DNA from: Nostocoides sp.
GTDB taxonomy: Bacteria; Actinomycetota; Actinomycetes; Actinomycetales; Dermatophilaceae
Assembly (NCBI GenBank): GCA_016702415.1
Contig: JADJEA010000023.1
Coordinates: 86,208 to 150,207, forward strand
DNA length: 64,000 nt
Direction: 5' to 3'
Shown: positions 37,705 to 47,181 of the stretch, piece after piece
How positions within the stretch are numbered: position 1 is the stretch's first letter
Layout of the letters: the number at the start of each line of letters is the position of its first letter
Translations under genes and position numbers: made by a program
The notes under the pieces: generated by a model
Databases searched by the model: none
What the model was told of the DNA's origin: nothing
What the model saw: the letters and a program-made list of their open reading frames with translations, nothing else

Positions 37705-38463
37705 TCAGGGTCGCAGCGACTCCCGCAGGTCTTCGGGCAGCAGCCAGGACCGGCACATGAGGCGCTCGGCGACGACGGTCGTGATCGTCTGCGCGGCCAT
37801 GATCCCCATGAGCACCAGCACCTGCGCCGCCGCGGCCTGAGCCGGCGAACCACCGCCGAGGAGGACCCCGATGAAGGCTCCGGGGAGGGTGACCACGCCC
37901 GCGGTGCGGATCTGATCGAGCCCCGGGACGAGCGCCTCGGGAAGGTGCCGGTGAACGATCCGGCCGATCGCCTGGGACCGGGTGAACCCCAGGGCGAGCC
38001 ACGCGTCATACGCGTCGCGTTCCTCGCGCACGGCCGCGAAGGCGCGTCGGCAGGCAAGGGTATGCCCGTTCATCGTGTTGCCCATGAGGATGCCGAGGAC
38101 GGGGATGAGGGCCAGCCCGGTCGGGGGAATGGTCCGCGTCAGGAGGATGACGGCGACGACCGGCACCAGGCCCGCGAGGATGGCGACCGTCGCCCACGGC
38201 CAGGCCCGCGGCGCTCCGACCCGCCGGACCGTGGTGACGACGGCGACGGTGAACATCCCGGCGAGGACGACCACCGACCACGCGAGGCTGGCGATGACCG
38301 AGGTGATGACCAGGGCGGCGAGGCTCAACTGGACGATCGCCCGGGCCGCGGCCAGCAGGGGCGAGAGTCGCTCGGGGAGGTGGCCCACGGCATACGCCAG
38401 CAGGGTCAGCAGGAGGAGTATGCCGATCGCCCAGGCGACGGGCCACCCGGGCGAGATCGTCAC
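37705..38463 (-). CDS. UPF0014 / FetB (YbbM)-like ABC-type permease, no adjacent ATPase gene
   Basis: GTG 38463 is in the frame of ORF 37705..38604. The product is polytopic and carries the family-like block [13 protein letters not shown]. Confidence 0.7.
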   Translation of the reverse strand: MTISPGWPVAWAIGILLLLTLLAYAVGHLPERLSPLLAAARAIVQLSLAALVITSVIASLAWSVVVLAGMFTVAVVTTVRRVGAPRAWPWATVAILAGLVPVVAVILLTRTIPPTGLALIPVLGILMGNTMNGHTLACRRAFAAVREERDAYDAWLALGFTRSQAIGRIVHRHLPEALVPGLDQIRTAGVVTLPGAFIGVLLGGGSPAQAAAAQVLVLMGIMAAQTITTVVAERLMCRSWLLPEDLRESLRP

Positions 38464-38657
38464 CTCCCCACGATAGGGCCCCCGGCGGGGCCCCGATTTC
38501 CGCCGGAGGGGCCTGCTCTGGCACCATTGACCCTTGCGTCCAGGCATCCGCGGCCCCTGCCACAGGGGGAGCGAGCCACCTCGTGCGGCCGAGCCGGACG
38601 GCATACGACATCCACGACCGATGCGGCGACCTGTGGCGCCCGAAGAAGGACACTGCC

Positions 38658-39008
38658 ATGCAGCGTTTCGACGAGATCGACCAGGCCTCCCTCAAGAGCG
38701 ACCTCCCCGCGTTCCGCGCCGGTGACACCGTCAAGGTGCACGTGAAGGTCGTCGAAGGCAACCGCTCCCGGATTCAGGTCTTCCAGGGGATCGTCATCCG
38801 GCGCCACGGCGGCGGGATCGGGGAGACCTTCACGGTCCGCAAGGTGTCCTTCGGTGTCGGGGTGGAGCGGACCTTCCCGCTGCACACCCCGATCATCGAC
38901 AAGATCGAGGTCGTCACCCGCGGTGACGTCCGCCGCGCCAAGCTCTACTACCTGCGCGACCTGCGCGGCAAGGCCGCGCGCATCCGCGAGCGCCGCGAGA
39001 CCAACTGA
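38658..39008 (+). CDS. rplS: 50S ribosomal protein L19
   Basis: [47 protein letters not shown]. Confidence 0.97.
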   Translation: MQRFDEIDQASLKSDLPAFRAGDTVKVHVKVVEGNRSRIQVFQGIVIRRHGGGIGETFTVRKVSFGVGVERTFPLHTPIIDKIEVVTRGDVRRAKLYYLRDLRGKAARIRERRETN

Positions 39009-39046
39009 CCAGTCCGCGGTCCCACGCTGCCCGACGCACCGCCGAC

Positions 39047-39086
39047 CGCCCGGTCCCGGCTTGCCCATCGCTGCCAGGACCGGGCG
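39047..39086 (+). terminator. hairpin between rplS and lepB (10-bp stem, 20-nt loop); terminator/attenuator candidate
   Basis: CGCCCGGTCC (39047-39056) / GGACCGGGCG (39077-39086). Confidence 0.35.
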
Positions 39087-39102
39087 TTAGGCTGCTAGCC
39101 CT

Positions 39103-39813
39103 ATGACCACCGTGCCCACGCCCCCGGAGGCCGACGCCGCCACCCCCCGGGAGCGCCGGAGAGGGAAACGCGCTCCGCGCCGACCGTGGCCGGTCTGGGT
39201 CCACCTCATCCTCGCGCTGGTCCTGGTCGCCCTGCTGCGCAATTTCGTCGCCCAGTCGTTCTATGTCCCGTCCGGGTCGATGATCCCGACCCTTGCCGTC
39301 GGCGACCGCATGGTGGTCAGCCGGATCCCCACGACGCTCCATCGGGGCGACATCGTCGTCTTCGACGGAACCACGACGTTCGGGGGCAACCCGGGGCCCC
39401 GGTTCGACTCGACGATCGGCAAAGTCCTCTCGGCCGGCGCCAAGGTCTTCGGCATCGACGTCAACGAGCGTGACTATGTCAAGCGGATCGTCGGTCTGCC
39501 CGGCGATCATGTGGTCTGCTGCGATGCCCAACACCGGATCGTCGTCAACGACAAACCCCTGGCCGAGCCCTATCTCGCGCCCGGGATGGCGCCGAGCCTG
39601 ATGGACTTCGATGTGCGCGTCCCGGCCGGACGCTTGTGGCTGATGGGCGATAACCGTTCCAATTCGGCCGATTCGCGGGCGCACCTCGGCGACCCGGGCG
39701 GCGGCATGGTGCCGGAGTCCGATGTGATCGGCAAGCCCTTGCTGAGGTATTGGCCGTTCAGCCGGTTCGGGACGCTCCCGTCGGCCGAACAGCCTGCGGT
39801 GGCCGGCGGATGA
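39103..39813 (+). CDS. lepB: signal peptidase I (copy 1)
   Basis: TM anchor, catalytic Ser box PSGSMIPTL, Lys box YVKRIVGLPGD, and GDNRSNSADSR. Confidence 0.9.
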   Translation: MTTVPTPPEADAATPRERRRGKRAPRRPWPVWVHLILALVLVALLRNFVAQSFYVPSGSMIPTLAVGDRMVVSRIPTTLHRGDIVVFDGTTTFGGNPGPRFDSTIGKVLSAGAKVFGIDVNERDYVKRIVGLPGDHVVCCDAQHRIVVNDKPLAEPYLAPGMAPSLMDFDVRVPAGRLWLMGDNRSNSADSRAHLGDPGGGMVPESDVIGKPLLRYWPFSRFGTLPSAEQPAVAGG

Positions 39814-40637
39814 CGGGGCAGCCCGAGGGCGTGGACGGCGACGCGTCGTTGCCCATGCCGGGCGCGGCGGCGAGTGCCGCGCCCGGATCGAGCGGGGAAC
39901 CGCCACCCACGGAGGAGGTGCCGGCCGAGGGTCCGGTCCGTCGTGGCGCGGGTGAGCACGCCCTGGCGATGATTCGCGAGTTCGTGACCGTCGCCGCGAT
40001 CGCCATCGTCTTGTCCTTCCTCGTCAAGACCTTCCTCGTCCAGCCGTTCTATATCCCCTCGGAATCGATGGAGAACACCCTCGTCAAGGGCGACCGGGTG
40101 ATCGTCTCCAAACTCACGCCGGCTCCCTTCGCGATCAAGCGCGGCGATGTCGTCGTCTTCGCCGACCCAGGCGACTGGCTCGGCCCGACGGAGCCGGTCG
40201 ACCACGGCCGGATCGGCAACGCGATCCGGTCCGCCCTCACCTTCGTCGGCCTGCTCCCCAATAGCTCCGAGGGCCATCTCATCAAACGGGTCATCGGGAT
40301 GCCGGGCGACAAGGTCGTCTGCTGCGACGCCCAAGGCCGGCTGACCGTCAACGGGGCCTCCATCACCGAGCCCTATCTCAAACCCGGTGAGGACCCGAGC
40401 GATATCGAGTTCGCCATCACCGTCCCCGCCGGCAAGCTCTGGGTCATGGGCGATAACCGCGGCCACTCCAGCGACTCGCGGTTGCACGACCCGAGCGGCG
40501 ACGGCTCGGAAGGATCGATCGACGAGAACCTCGTCGTCGGCCGGGCGGTCGCGACGATCTGGCCGCTCTCGCGGGTGACGTGGCTGTCCGACTATCAGGA
40601 ATCCTTCGCCTCGGTGCCTGCGCACGCCCCAGGATGA
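39810..40637 (+). CDS. lepB: signal peptidase I (copy 2, tandem paralogue)
   Basis: The ATG overlaps the stop of copy 1 (ATGA). Boxes are [20 protein letters not shown] and [11 protein letters not shown]. Confidence 0.9.
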   Translation: MTGQPEGVDGDASLPMPGAAASAAPGSSGEPPPTEEVPAEGPVRRGAGEHALAMIREFVTVAAIAIVLSFLVKTFLVQPFYIPSESMENTLVKGDRVIVSKLTPAPFAIKRGDVVVFADPGDWLGPTEPVDHGRIGNAIRSALTFVGLLPNSSEGHLIKRVIGMPGDKVVCCDAQGRLTVNGASITEPYLKPGEDPSDIEFAITVPAGKLWVMGDNRGHSSDSRLHDPSGDGSEGSIDENLVVGRAVATIWPLSRVTWLSDYQESFASVPAHAPG

Positions 40638-41410
40638 CCAGGACGACCGCACGCAAGCCGTCCCTGCGGGTCGAGCGCACCCTCCAACGTCAGGGGTATG
40701 CCGTGCTCGCCGGCATGGACGAGGTCGGCCGGGGTGCCCTGGCCGGCCCGGTGAGTGTCGGCGTGGTTCTCGTCGACCAGCTGAGCCGGTCCGCCCCCGT
40801 CGGCGTCCGGGACTCCAAACTCCTGGCCCCCGCCGCCCGGTCCCGCCTGGTCCCGCGCATCCAGCGCTGGGCCCGCGCGTATGCCGTCGGGCACGCCTGG
40901 CCCGTCGAGATCGACGCCATCGGGATCATCGCCGCCCTCCGGCTGGCGGGGCGGCGGGCACTCGCGCAACTGCCGATGACGCCGGATCTGGTCATCCTGG
41001 ACGGCAACCACGACTGGCTCACCGATCCGCTGGAGGTCGGCCTCCTCGCGTTGACGCGGCCCACGCGCACGCCACCGGTGACGACGATGATCAAGGCCGA
41101 CGTCCGCTGCTCCTCGGTCGCCGCCGCGAGCGTGCTGGCGAAGGTGACCCGGGACATGCTCATGGTCGCCACGGCGGGGGAGCATGCGGCATACGGATGG
41201 GAACACAACAAGGGGTATGCCGCCCCCGACCACCTCGCCGCCCTCGCCGAACACGGGCCCTGCCACTTCCACCGCCGCTCGTGGCACCTCCCGGGCCAGG
41301 GTGATAGCAATGAGGTCGGCATCTCCGTCGCCGAAACCGGCCCAACAACGACCGACCCATCGATCACCGACCCATCGACCACCGACCCCGACCAAGGAAT
41401 CGACGCCTGA
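40634..41410 (+). CDS. rnhB: ribonuclease HII (with repeat-containing C-terminal extension)
   Basis: [36 protein letters not shown]. The tail is ...[20 protein letters not shown]. Confidence 0.93.
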   Translation: MTRTTARKPSLRVERTLQRQGYAVLAGMDEVGRGALAGPVSVGVVLVDQLSRSAPVGVRDSKLLAPAARSRLVPRIQRWARAYAVGHAWPVEIDAIGIIAALRLAGRRALAQLPMTPDLVILDGNHDWLTDPLEVGLLALTRPTRTPPVTTMIKADVRCSSVAAASVLAKVTRDMLMVATAGEHAAYGWEHNKGYAAPDHLAALAEHGPCHFHRRSWHLPGQGDSNEVGISVAETGPTTTDPSITDPSTTDPDQGIDA

Positions 41411-41724
41411 TGAGCACCGAAGATCTCGAGAAGTACGAGACCGAGATGGAGTTGGCCCTCTATCGCGAGTACCGCGACGTGGTCGGGCTGTTCACTCACG
41501 TCGTGGAGACCGAGCGGCGCTTCTATCTCGCCAATGGCGTCGACGTGCAGGTGCGGGGGCAGGGCGGCGAGGTCTATTTCGAGGTCACGATGACCGACGC
41601 GTGGGTGTGGGACATCTATCGGCCCGCCCGCTTCGCCAAGTCCGTGCGGGTGGTGACCTTCAAAGACGTCAATGTGGAGGAGTTGGCCAAGGCGGACTTG
41701 GAGGTCCCGAAGGGCCACTTCTGA
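41410..41724 (+). CDS. DUF2469 family protein
   Basis: [28 protein letters not shown]... The position after rnhB is the conserved one. Confidence 0.85.
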   Translation: MSTEDLEKYETEMELALYREYRDVVGLFTHVVETERRFYLANGVDVQVRGQGGEVYFEVTMTDAWVWDIYRPARFAKSVRVVTFKDVNVEELAKADLEVPKGHF

Positions 41725-41855
41725 GCGACCCGGCGGGTTGTCCACAGCCCTGACGGGGCAGGATCGGCCGCCGTCCACAGGTGCGGCACGGTCGGGTGGC
41801 GCGCCCCCGCCCCCCGGAGCAGGCTGGGCCTCCACGCAACAGGTGGGGGACTGTC

Positions 41856-42236
41856 ATGGGGGTTATGGAGCCGTGGGGACGCACGCGGCAGTCGATCGGG
41901 GCGTTCGGTGAGGATGTCGTCGTCCGCTACCTGCTGCAGCTCGGCTGGCTGATCGTCGCGCGCAACTGGCGGCATCCCGGTGGGGAGCTCGACATTGTCG
42001 CCCGCGACGGCCGCGACCTGGTCATCTGCGAGGTCAAGACCCGGCGGGGCCTGGTGACCGGTGACCCGGTCGAGGCGGTCACACCTTTGAAGCACCGACG
42101 CCTGCGGCAGCTGGCTCGGGCGTGGGTGGACGCGCACCCGGACGAGCGGGCCGGGCATGTGCGCATCGACGTCCTCGGCGTCGTCCTCTGGTCCGATCGT
42201 GGCGAGATCCACCACCTGCGGGAGGTCGTCCCGTGA
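41856..42236 (+). CDS. YraN family (UPF0102) endonuclease-like protein
   Basis: GEDVVVRYLLQLGWLIVARNWRHPGGELDIVARDGRDLVICEVKTR. The start is uncertain. Confidence 0.85.
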   Translation: MGVMEPWGRTRQSIGAFGEDVVVRYLLQLGWLIVARNWRHPGGELDIVARDGRDLVICEVKTRRGLVTGDPVEAVTPLKHRRLRQLARAWVDAHPDERAGHVRIDVLGVVLWSDRGEIHHLREVVP

Positions 42237-43777
42237 TCCTCGGCTCCACGACCTCGGTCGCCCTCGCCGGGCTGGAGGGGCGCGCCGTCAAGGTGGAGGC
42301 TCAGTTGTCGAGCTCGCTGCCCGGGCTGATCGTCAGCGGGCTGCCCGACGCTGCCTGTCGCCAGGCGCCCGAGCGGGTTCGCGCGGCGTGCACGTCGGCG
42401 GGAGCACCGCTGCCGCCCAAGAAGATCGTCGTCAATCTCTCGCCGGCGAGCGTGCCGAAGTCGGGGACGGGCTTCGATCTCGGGATCGCGCTGGCCATCC
42501 TCGCCGCCGGGGGGACCGTCCGCCAGGAGGCGTGCGGCGGCGTCGTCCACCTGGGCGAACTCGGTCTCGACGGGTCCGTCCGGGGGGTGATCGGCATACT
42601 CCCGGCGGTGCGGTATGCCGCCCGCTCCGGCCTCCGCGACGCCGTCGTCCCGCTGGACAATGGTGCCGAGGCCCGCATCGTCGAGGGCATCCGCATCCAT
42701 CCCGTCGCCAGCCTCGCCGACGTCATTCAGCTGTATGCCGACCACGGCCCCCCGGACCGCTGGCCGCCGCCGGCGGTGGTGACGCCGTCCGCGCCCGCCG
42801 AGCCCAGGCCGGTGCCTGACCTCGCCGACATCGTCGGCCAGAGCGAGGCCCGACTGGCCGTCGAGTTGGCCGCGGCGGGTGGGCACCACCTGCTGCTGAG
42901 TGGGCCGCCCGGGTCGGGCAAGACGATGCTGGCCGAGCGCATGGTCGGGGTGCTGCCGCCGCTCGGTTTCGATGCCGCGGTGGAGGTGCATTCGATCCGG
43001 TCGCTCCAGGGCGACACCCGGGCCGGCGGCCCGCTCGACCTGCGGCCGCCCTTCGTCGCCCCGCACCACGGGTCGAGCCTGGCGGCGATGGTCGGCGGCG
43101 GGTCGGGCACCATCCGGCCGGGGGCGGTGTCGGCGGCGCACCGTGGGCTGCTCTTCCTCGACGAGGCCCCGGAGTTCCGCAATGACGTCCTGCAGTCGCT
43201 GCGCCAACCCCTCGAGAGAGGCCGGGTCGTCATCGCCCGGGCGCGGGAGACCGTCACCTTCCCGGCGCGCTTCCAACTCGTCCTCGCCGCGAACCCGTGT
43301 CCGTGCGGGTACGGCAGTGGGAAGGCATTGCGATGCACGTGCTCGCCGCAACGGCGTCGGGCGTATGCCGCGCGCCTGCGCGGGCCGCTCCTCGATCGAG
43401 TCGATCTCCAGGTGCATGTGCCCGCGGTGACCCGGTCGCGCAGCGTGGGCATCGTGGGGGAGGGCAGTGACGCGGTGGCCGCCCGGGTGGCGTCGGCGCG
43501 ATGGGCGGCGGTCGAACGCTGGCGCGAGCACGGATGGGAGCGCAACGCCGACGTTCCCGGCCCACTCCTGCGGACGGGGCGGTTCGCGTTGCCCCGATCG
43601 GTCACCAATGCCCTCGATCTCGCGCTCGAATCCGGGCGCCTGACGTTGCGTGGCTACGACCGGACGATCCGGCTGGCATGGACGCATGCCGACGTGCAGG
43701 GGCGCCTCGCGCCGACCGCCGAGGACGTGGGGATCGCGTTGATGTTGCGGACGAACGAGCGGGAGACGGCGGCATGA
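42233..43777 (+). CDS. comM: YifB/ComM family Mg-chelatase-like ATPase
   Basis: GTG 42233 overlaps the yraN stop. It has a Lon-protease-like N-domain, Walker A GPPGSGKTM, Walker B GLLFLDEAPEF, and CPCG...C.C. Confidence 0.93.
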   Translation: MILGSTTSVALAGLEGRAVKVEAQLSSSLPGLIVSGLPDAACRQAPERVRAACTSAGAPLPPKKIVVNLSPASVPKSGTGFDLGIALAILAAGGTVRQEACGGVVHLGELGLDGSVRGVIGILPAVRYAARSGLRDAVVPLDNGAEARIVEGIRIHPVASLADVIQLYADHGPPDRWPPPAVVTPSAPAEPRPVPDLADIVGQSEARLAVELAAAGGHHLLLSGPPGSGKTMLAERMVGVLPPLGFDAAVEVHSIRSLQGDTRAGGPLDLRPPFVAPHHGSSLAAMVGGGSGTIRPGAVSAAHRGLLFLDEAPEFRNDVLQSLRQPLERGRVVIARARETVTFPARFQLVLAANPCPCGYGSGKALRCTCSPQRRRAYAARLRGPLLDRVDLQVHVPAVTRSRSVGIVGEGSDAVAARVASARWAAVERWREHGWERNADVPGPLLRTGRFALPRSVTNALDLALESGRLTLRGYDRTIRLAWTHADVQGRLAPTAEDVGIALMLRTNERETAA

Positions 43778-45075
43778 CCGGCTCCATCGATCCGCAGCGA
43801 TGCGGGCACGGCGCGGGCGCGGAAGGTGGGATCAGGGCGCACCAGGGCGCTCTGGATAAGGGCGCTCTCGACGAGAGTGTTCTCGATGAGCGTGAAGCCC
43901 GAACGTTGGTCGCTCGGCTCGCCGAGCCGGGCGATCCGCGGGTCGCCGCCGAACTCGCTGAGTTCGGCTACCCGGGCCTGATCCAGCGCCTGCGCGAGGG
44001 CCGGATGTCGGGGGCGGTCGCGGATGCGCTCCGACCTCGGCTGGAGCGACTGATGAGCCCCACGACGGGTGGCGACTGCCCGAGAGCTGACGCCACGCCT
44101 CGGGAGCGAGGAGGCGCCCCGACCGGTCCCGGCCCGGCCAGGTGCTCGCCCGAAGACCTCGGCGTGCCGGACGACCAGCAGATCGCGGCGAGGCTCGATG
44201 CTCGGATCGTCATCCCGGGCGATCGGGAATGGCCTACTGGGCTGGACGACCTGGCGGTTCCGCCGCACTGCCTGTGGGTGCGGGGGCCAATCGACCTCGG
44301 CGTGGTGACCCGGCGCAGTGTCGCCGTGGTCGGGGCGAGGGCGGCCACGGCATACGGCATCGACCGCGCGGGTGAGATCGCCGCGGGCCTGGTGTCACGA
44401 GGTTTCGCCGTGGTGTCCGGGGCGGCCTTCGGGATCGATGCGGCGGCCCACCGCGGGGCCCTTGCCGCAGAGGGGACCACGGTTGCCGTGCTCGCGTGCG
44501 GGATCGACCGGGCCTATCCCCTCGCCCACGCGGACCTCCTGCGCGTCATCGCCGCCAGCGGAGCCGTGGTCACTGAACTTCCCCCCGGTGCCGCGCCCTA
44601 TCGGGGCCGCTTCCTCCAGCGCAACCGCCTCATCGCCGCCATGAGCGGGGGTGTCGTGGTCGTCGAGGCCGCCCTTCGGTCGGGATCGTTGCAGACTGCG
44701 GCCAGGGCGATCGACCTCGGCCGTCCCGTCGGTGCCGTTCCCGGCCCGGTGACCTCGGCCTCCTCGGCCGGATGCCATCAGGCCATCCGGGACCAGGTGG
44801 CAGTGCTGGTCAGCGATGCCGCCGAGGCGGCCGACCTCGCCGGCGACTTCGGACGGGATGCGGCGCCGGCGCGTCGGGGCCGGGTGACCCCGGAGGATGC
44901 CTTGGCGCCCGATCAGCGGGCCGTTTGGGAGGTGTTACCGATCAGCCAGGCCGCAACCGTGTCGGCGTTGGCCCTGCGCGCCGGGCTGCCGGAGCGCACC
45001 GTGCTCGCCGCCCTCGGCGGGCTCGACCTGGCGGGGCTCGCCATGCGCTCGGGAGATCGGTGGCGACGGCCGTGA
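43774..45075 (+). CDS. dprA: DNA-processing protein DprA
   Basis: The ATG overlaps the comM stop. Matching segments are VVGARAATAYG..., SGAAFGIDAAAHRGAL, VLACGIDRAYP and RNRLIAA. Confidence 0.9.
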   Translation: MTGSIDPQRCGHGAGAEGGIRAHQGALDKGALDESVLDEREARTLVARLAEPGDPRVAAELAEFGYPGLIQRLREGRMSGAVADALRPRLERLMSPTTGGDCPRADATPRERGGAPTGPGPARCSPEDLGVPDDQQIAARLDARIVIPGDREWPTGLDDLAVPPHCLWVRGPIDLGVVTRRSVAVVGARAATAYGIDRAGEIAAGLVSRGFAVVSGAAFGIDAAAHRGALAAEGTTVAVLACGIDRAYPLAHADLLRVIAASGAVVTELPPGAAPYRGRFLQRNRLIAAMSGGVVVVEAALRSGSLQTAARAIDLGRPVGAVPGPVTSASSAGCHQAIRDQVAVLVSDAAEAADLAGDFGRDAAPARRGRVTPEDALAPDQRAVWEVLPISQAATVSALALRAGLPERTVLAALGGLDLAGLAMRSGDRWRRP

Positions 45076-45205
45076 CGACCCTGCCCCTGGAGGTTCGAGC
45101 CCGCGGCTCCCCGCGGGACCGCCGGCCGGCCTACTCCGTCTCCCGCCCGGGTGTCGCAGATCCCGCCGTCGGTGCGGTGTTGCGTCGCCGGAAGCGGACG
45201 CGCGC

Positions 45206-46228
45206 ATGGGATCGTGGCTCATGCGCCGCGATCGGGATGTTCTTGCGGCCTTCGAGCGCCACCTGCTGCTGGAAAGGGGTCGGTCGACGCACACGGCGCT
45301 GGCCTATCTGGGCGACCTCGAGGCGTTGCGGGACTTCCTGCTTGCCCGTGGTGTCGGTGATCACGCGCTGGAGAAGGCGCCGCCTGGCGCCTGGGACCCT
45401 GACGAATCAAGGGCGGTCACTCCTGACCCGAGCGTGGTGGCCGAGGGTGAGACGTGCGTTCTGCTCGCGGCGAACCTGACCGACCTTCGGGCGTGGCTCG
45501 GCGACATGGCCCGCAAGAGCCGGGCGCGCTCGACGCTGGGGCGAAGGGCGGCCAGCGCCCGCACGTTCTATGGGTGGGCCACGAGAACGGGGCTGATCGA
45601 GCGCGACCCGTCGCTTCGCCTGGCGACCGCCCGTCCAGCGCGCACCTTGCCGGTCATCCTCAGCGCGGCCGACGCCGCGACGACGCTCGCGGCGGCAGCC
45701 GTCGCCGCGGACGACGCCGAGCCCGTGGCCCTGCGTGACCGAGCGATGCTCGAGTTGCTGTATGCCAGCGGCATCCGCGTGGGTGAGTTGACTCGGCTCG
45801 ACATCGACGACATCGACCTGCACGACGGACTTGCCCGCGTGTTCGGGAAGGGCGCGAGGGAGCGCACGGTCCCGTTCGGTCGACCCGCGGCTCGGGCCAT
45901 CGACGACTGGCTGACCCTCGGCCGGCCGCGGTTGGTCCGCCCGGATTCCGGGCCCGCCGTCTTTCTCGGGGCGCGTGGGCGACGGGTCGGGCAGAGACAG
46001 GTGCGCGACGCGGTTCGCGCGGCGACCGAGCGGGTCCCTGGACAGCCCGCGATCGGGCCCCGCGGACTGCGACACACCGCGGCCACGCACATCCTCGACG
46101 GGGGCGCGGATCTGCGTATGGTGCAGGAATTACTGGGTCACCGCAGCCTGGCGACGACCCAGCTCTACACGCATGTGTCGATCGAGCGGCTGAAGGAGTC
46201 GTATGCCCGGGCCCACCCACGCGCCTGA
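45206..46228 (+). CDS. xerC: tyrosine recombinase XerC
   Basis: ORF 44897..46228. Core-binding region FERHLLLERGRSTHTALAYLGDL. Catalytic residues lie in ELLYASGIRVGEL, GLRHTAATH and LGHRSLATTQLYTHV. Confidence 0.9.
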   Translation: MGSWLMRRDRDVLAAFERHLLLERGRSTHTALAYLGDLEALRDFLLARGVGDHALEKAPPGAWDPDESRAVTPDPSVVAEGETCVLLAANLTDLRAWLGDMARKSRARSTLGRRAASARTFYGWATRTGLIERDPSLRLATARPARTLPVILSAADAATTLAAAAVAADDAEPVALRDRAMLELLYASGIRVGELTRLDIDDIDLHDGLARVFGKGARERTVPFGRPAARAIDDWLTLGRPRLVRPDSGPAVFLGARGRRVGQRQVRDAVRAATERVPGQPAIGPRGLRHTAATHILDGGADLRMVQELLGHRSLATTQLYTHVSIERLKESYARAHPRA

Positions 46229-46235
46229 CCGGCCG

Positions 46236-47057
46236 ATGCCCACCAGGACCGCACCGATCGGCGACTCCGCGCGCTCCATGAGCATCGAACGACAGCGTCG
46301 CTTGCGCCGCACCCTGGTCGTCGGAGGACTGCTGCTCCTGGCGCTGCTGTGGTTCGCCATCAAGGCACTCACCGGCTCCTCCGGGCCCTCGACGGCCGCG
46401 CACGCGGCGACGGAGGCAGCGGGGTCGAGGCCGACGTCCTCGGCGGGTGCGACTGCCAGTGCGAGTGCGTCCAAAGCTGCGTCGACCACGGCATCGGCGG
46501 AACCGACCACGGTGCCGAAAGCCGGAACCGGAAAACTCATCCCCGTCGCCATCCCCGGATCGGACAGCGACCGGAGCGGCCGGCGGGTGACATTCAGCAT
46601 CGATATCGAGGGCGGACTCGGCATCGACCCGGCGACCTTCGCGGCCAAGGTCCGGTCCGTGCTCGGCGATGCCCGTGGATGGGAGACCAAGCTGGGCGTC
46701 CACTTCGTCGGCATCTCCCCGCAGCAACGCGCCGCCTGAGCGGCCGCGGACATCCGGATCACGCTGGCCAGCCCTGACCTGACCGACCAGCTTTGTGCCC
46801 CGCTGCAGACGGACGGCAAGGTCTCGTGCAATCACAACTCCCGAGCCGTCCTCAACGCATTGCGGTGGGTCGAGGGCATCGAGTACTACTCCGACCTCGA
46901 CCTGTACCGCGACTACCTCATCAACCACGAGGTCGGGCACGGCCTTTGGCAGCAACACGAGACGTGCCCCGGCCCGGGCAAGAAGGCGCCCGTCATGCAG
47001 CAGCAGACCCTGGGCCTGCACGGGTGCGTGGCCTGGCCGTGGCCGCAACAGAACTGA
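46236..47057 (+). pseudogene. DUF3152-family putative zinc metalloprotease interrupted by an in-frame TGA at 46737-46739
   Basis: ORF 46203..46739 (TM anchor, Ser/Ala-rich linker, RRVTFSIDIEGGLGIDPATFAAKVRSVLGDARGW) continues in the same frame after TGA. The continuation reads AAADIRITLASPDLTDQLCAPLQTDGKVSC...YRDYLINHEVGHGL (HExxH) up to 47057. Confidence 0.7.
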
Positions 47058-47181
47058 TGCTCCGCCGGGCCGACCACCGGATTCCAGGGGGCGAGGTCTT
47101 GCGTGCCTGGCTGGGCCGGAGGCCGCAGACACGTCCGCTCATGGCTCATCACGAGGAGTCGAGGGTGAGCGGGGCGTCGAG

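Noticed and set aside
45076-45205. tRNA-like GGTTCGAGCC box between dprA and xerC
   Set aside because: No acceptor, D or anticodon stems can be drawn around it. Only a short GC hairpin (CCCGCGG-CTCC-CCGCGGG) is present, consistent with a dprA terminator.
45206-46228. Phage or ICE integrase marking a mobile element
   Set aside because: The sequence and the conserved dprA-xerC neighbourhood identify it as the housekeeping XerC. There is no flanking att-like repeat, tRNA or phage gene.
46737-46739. TGA in the DUF3152 gene as a selenocysteine codon
   Set aside because: I see no convincing SECIS-type stem-loop immediately downstream, only the short palindrome GCGGCCGC. The position lies in an Ala-rich, apparently non-catalytic linker. 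A nonsense mutation, base error or read-through is more plausible.
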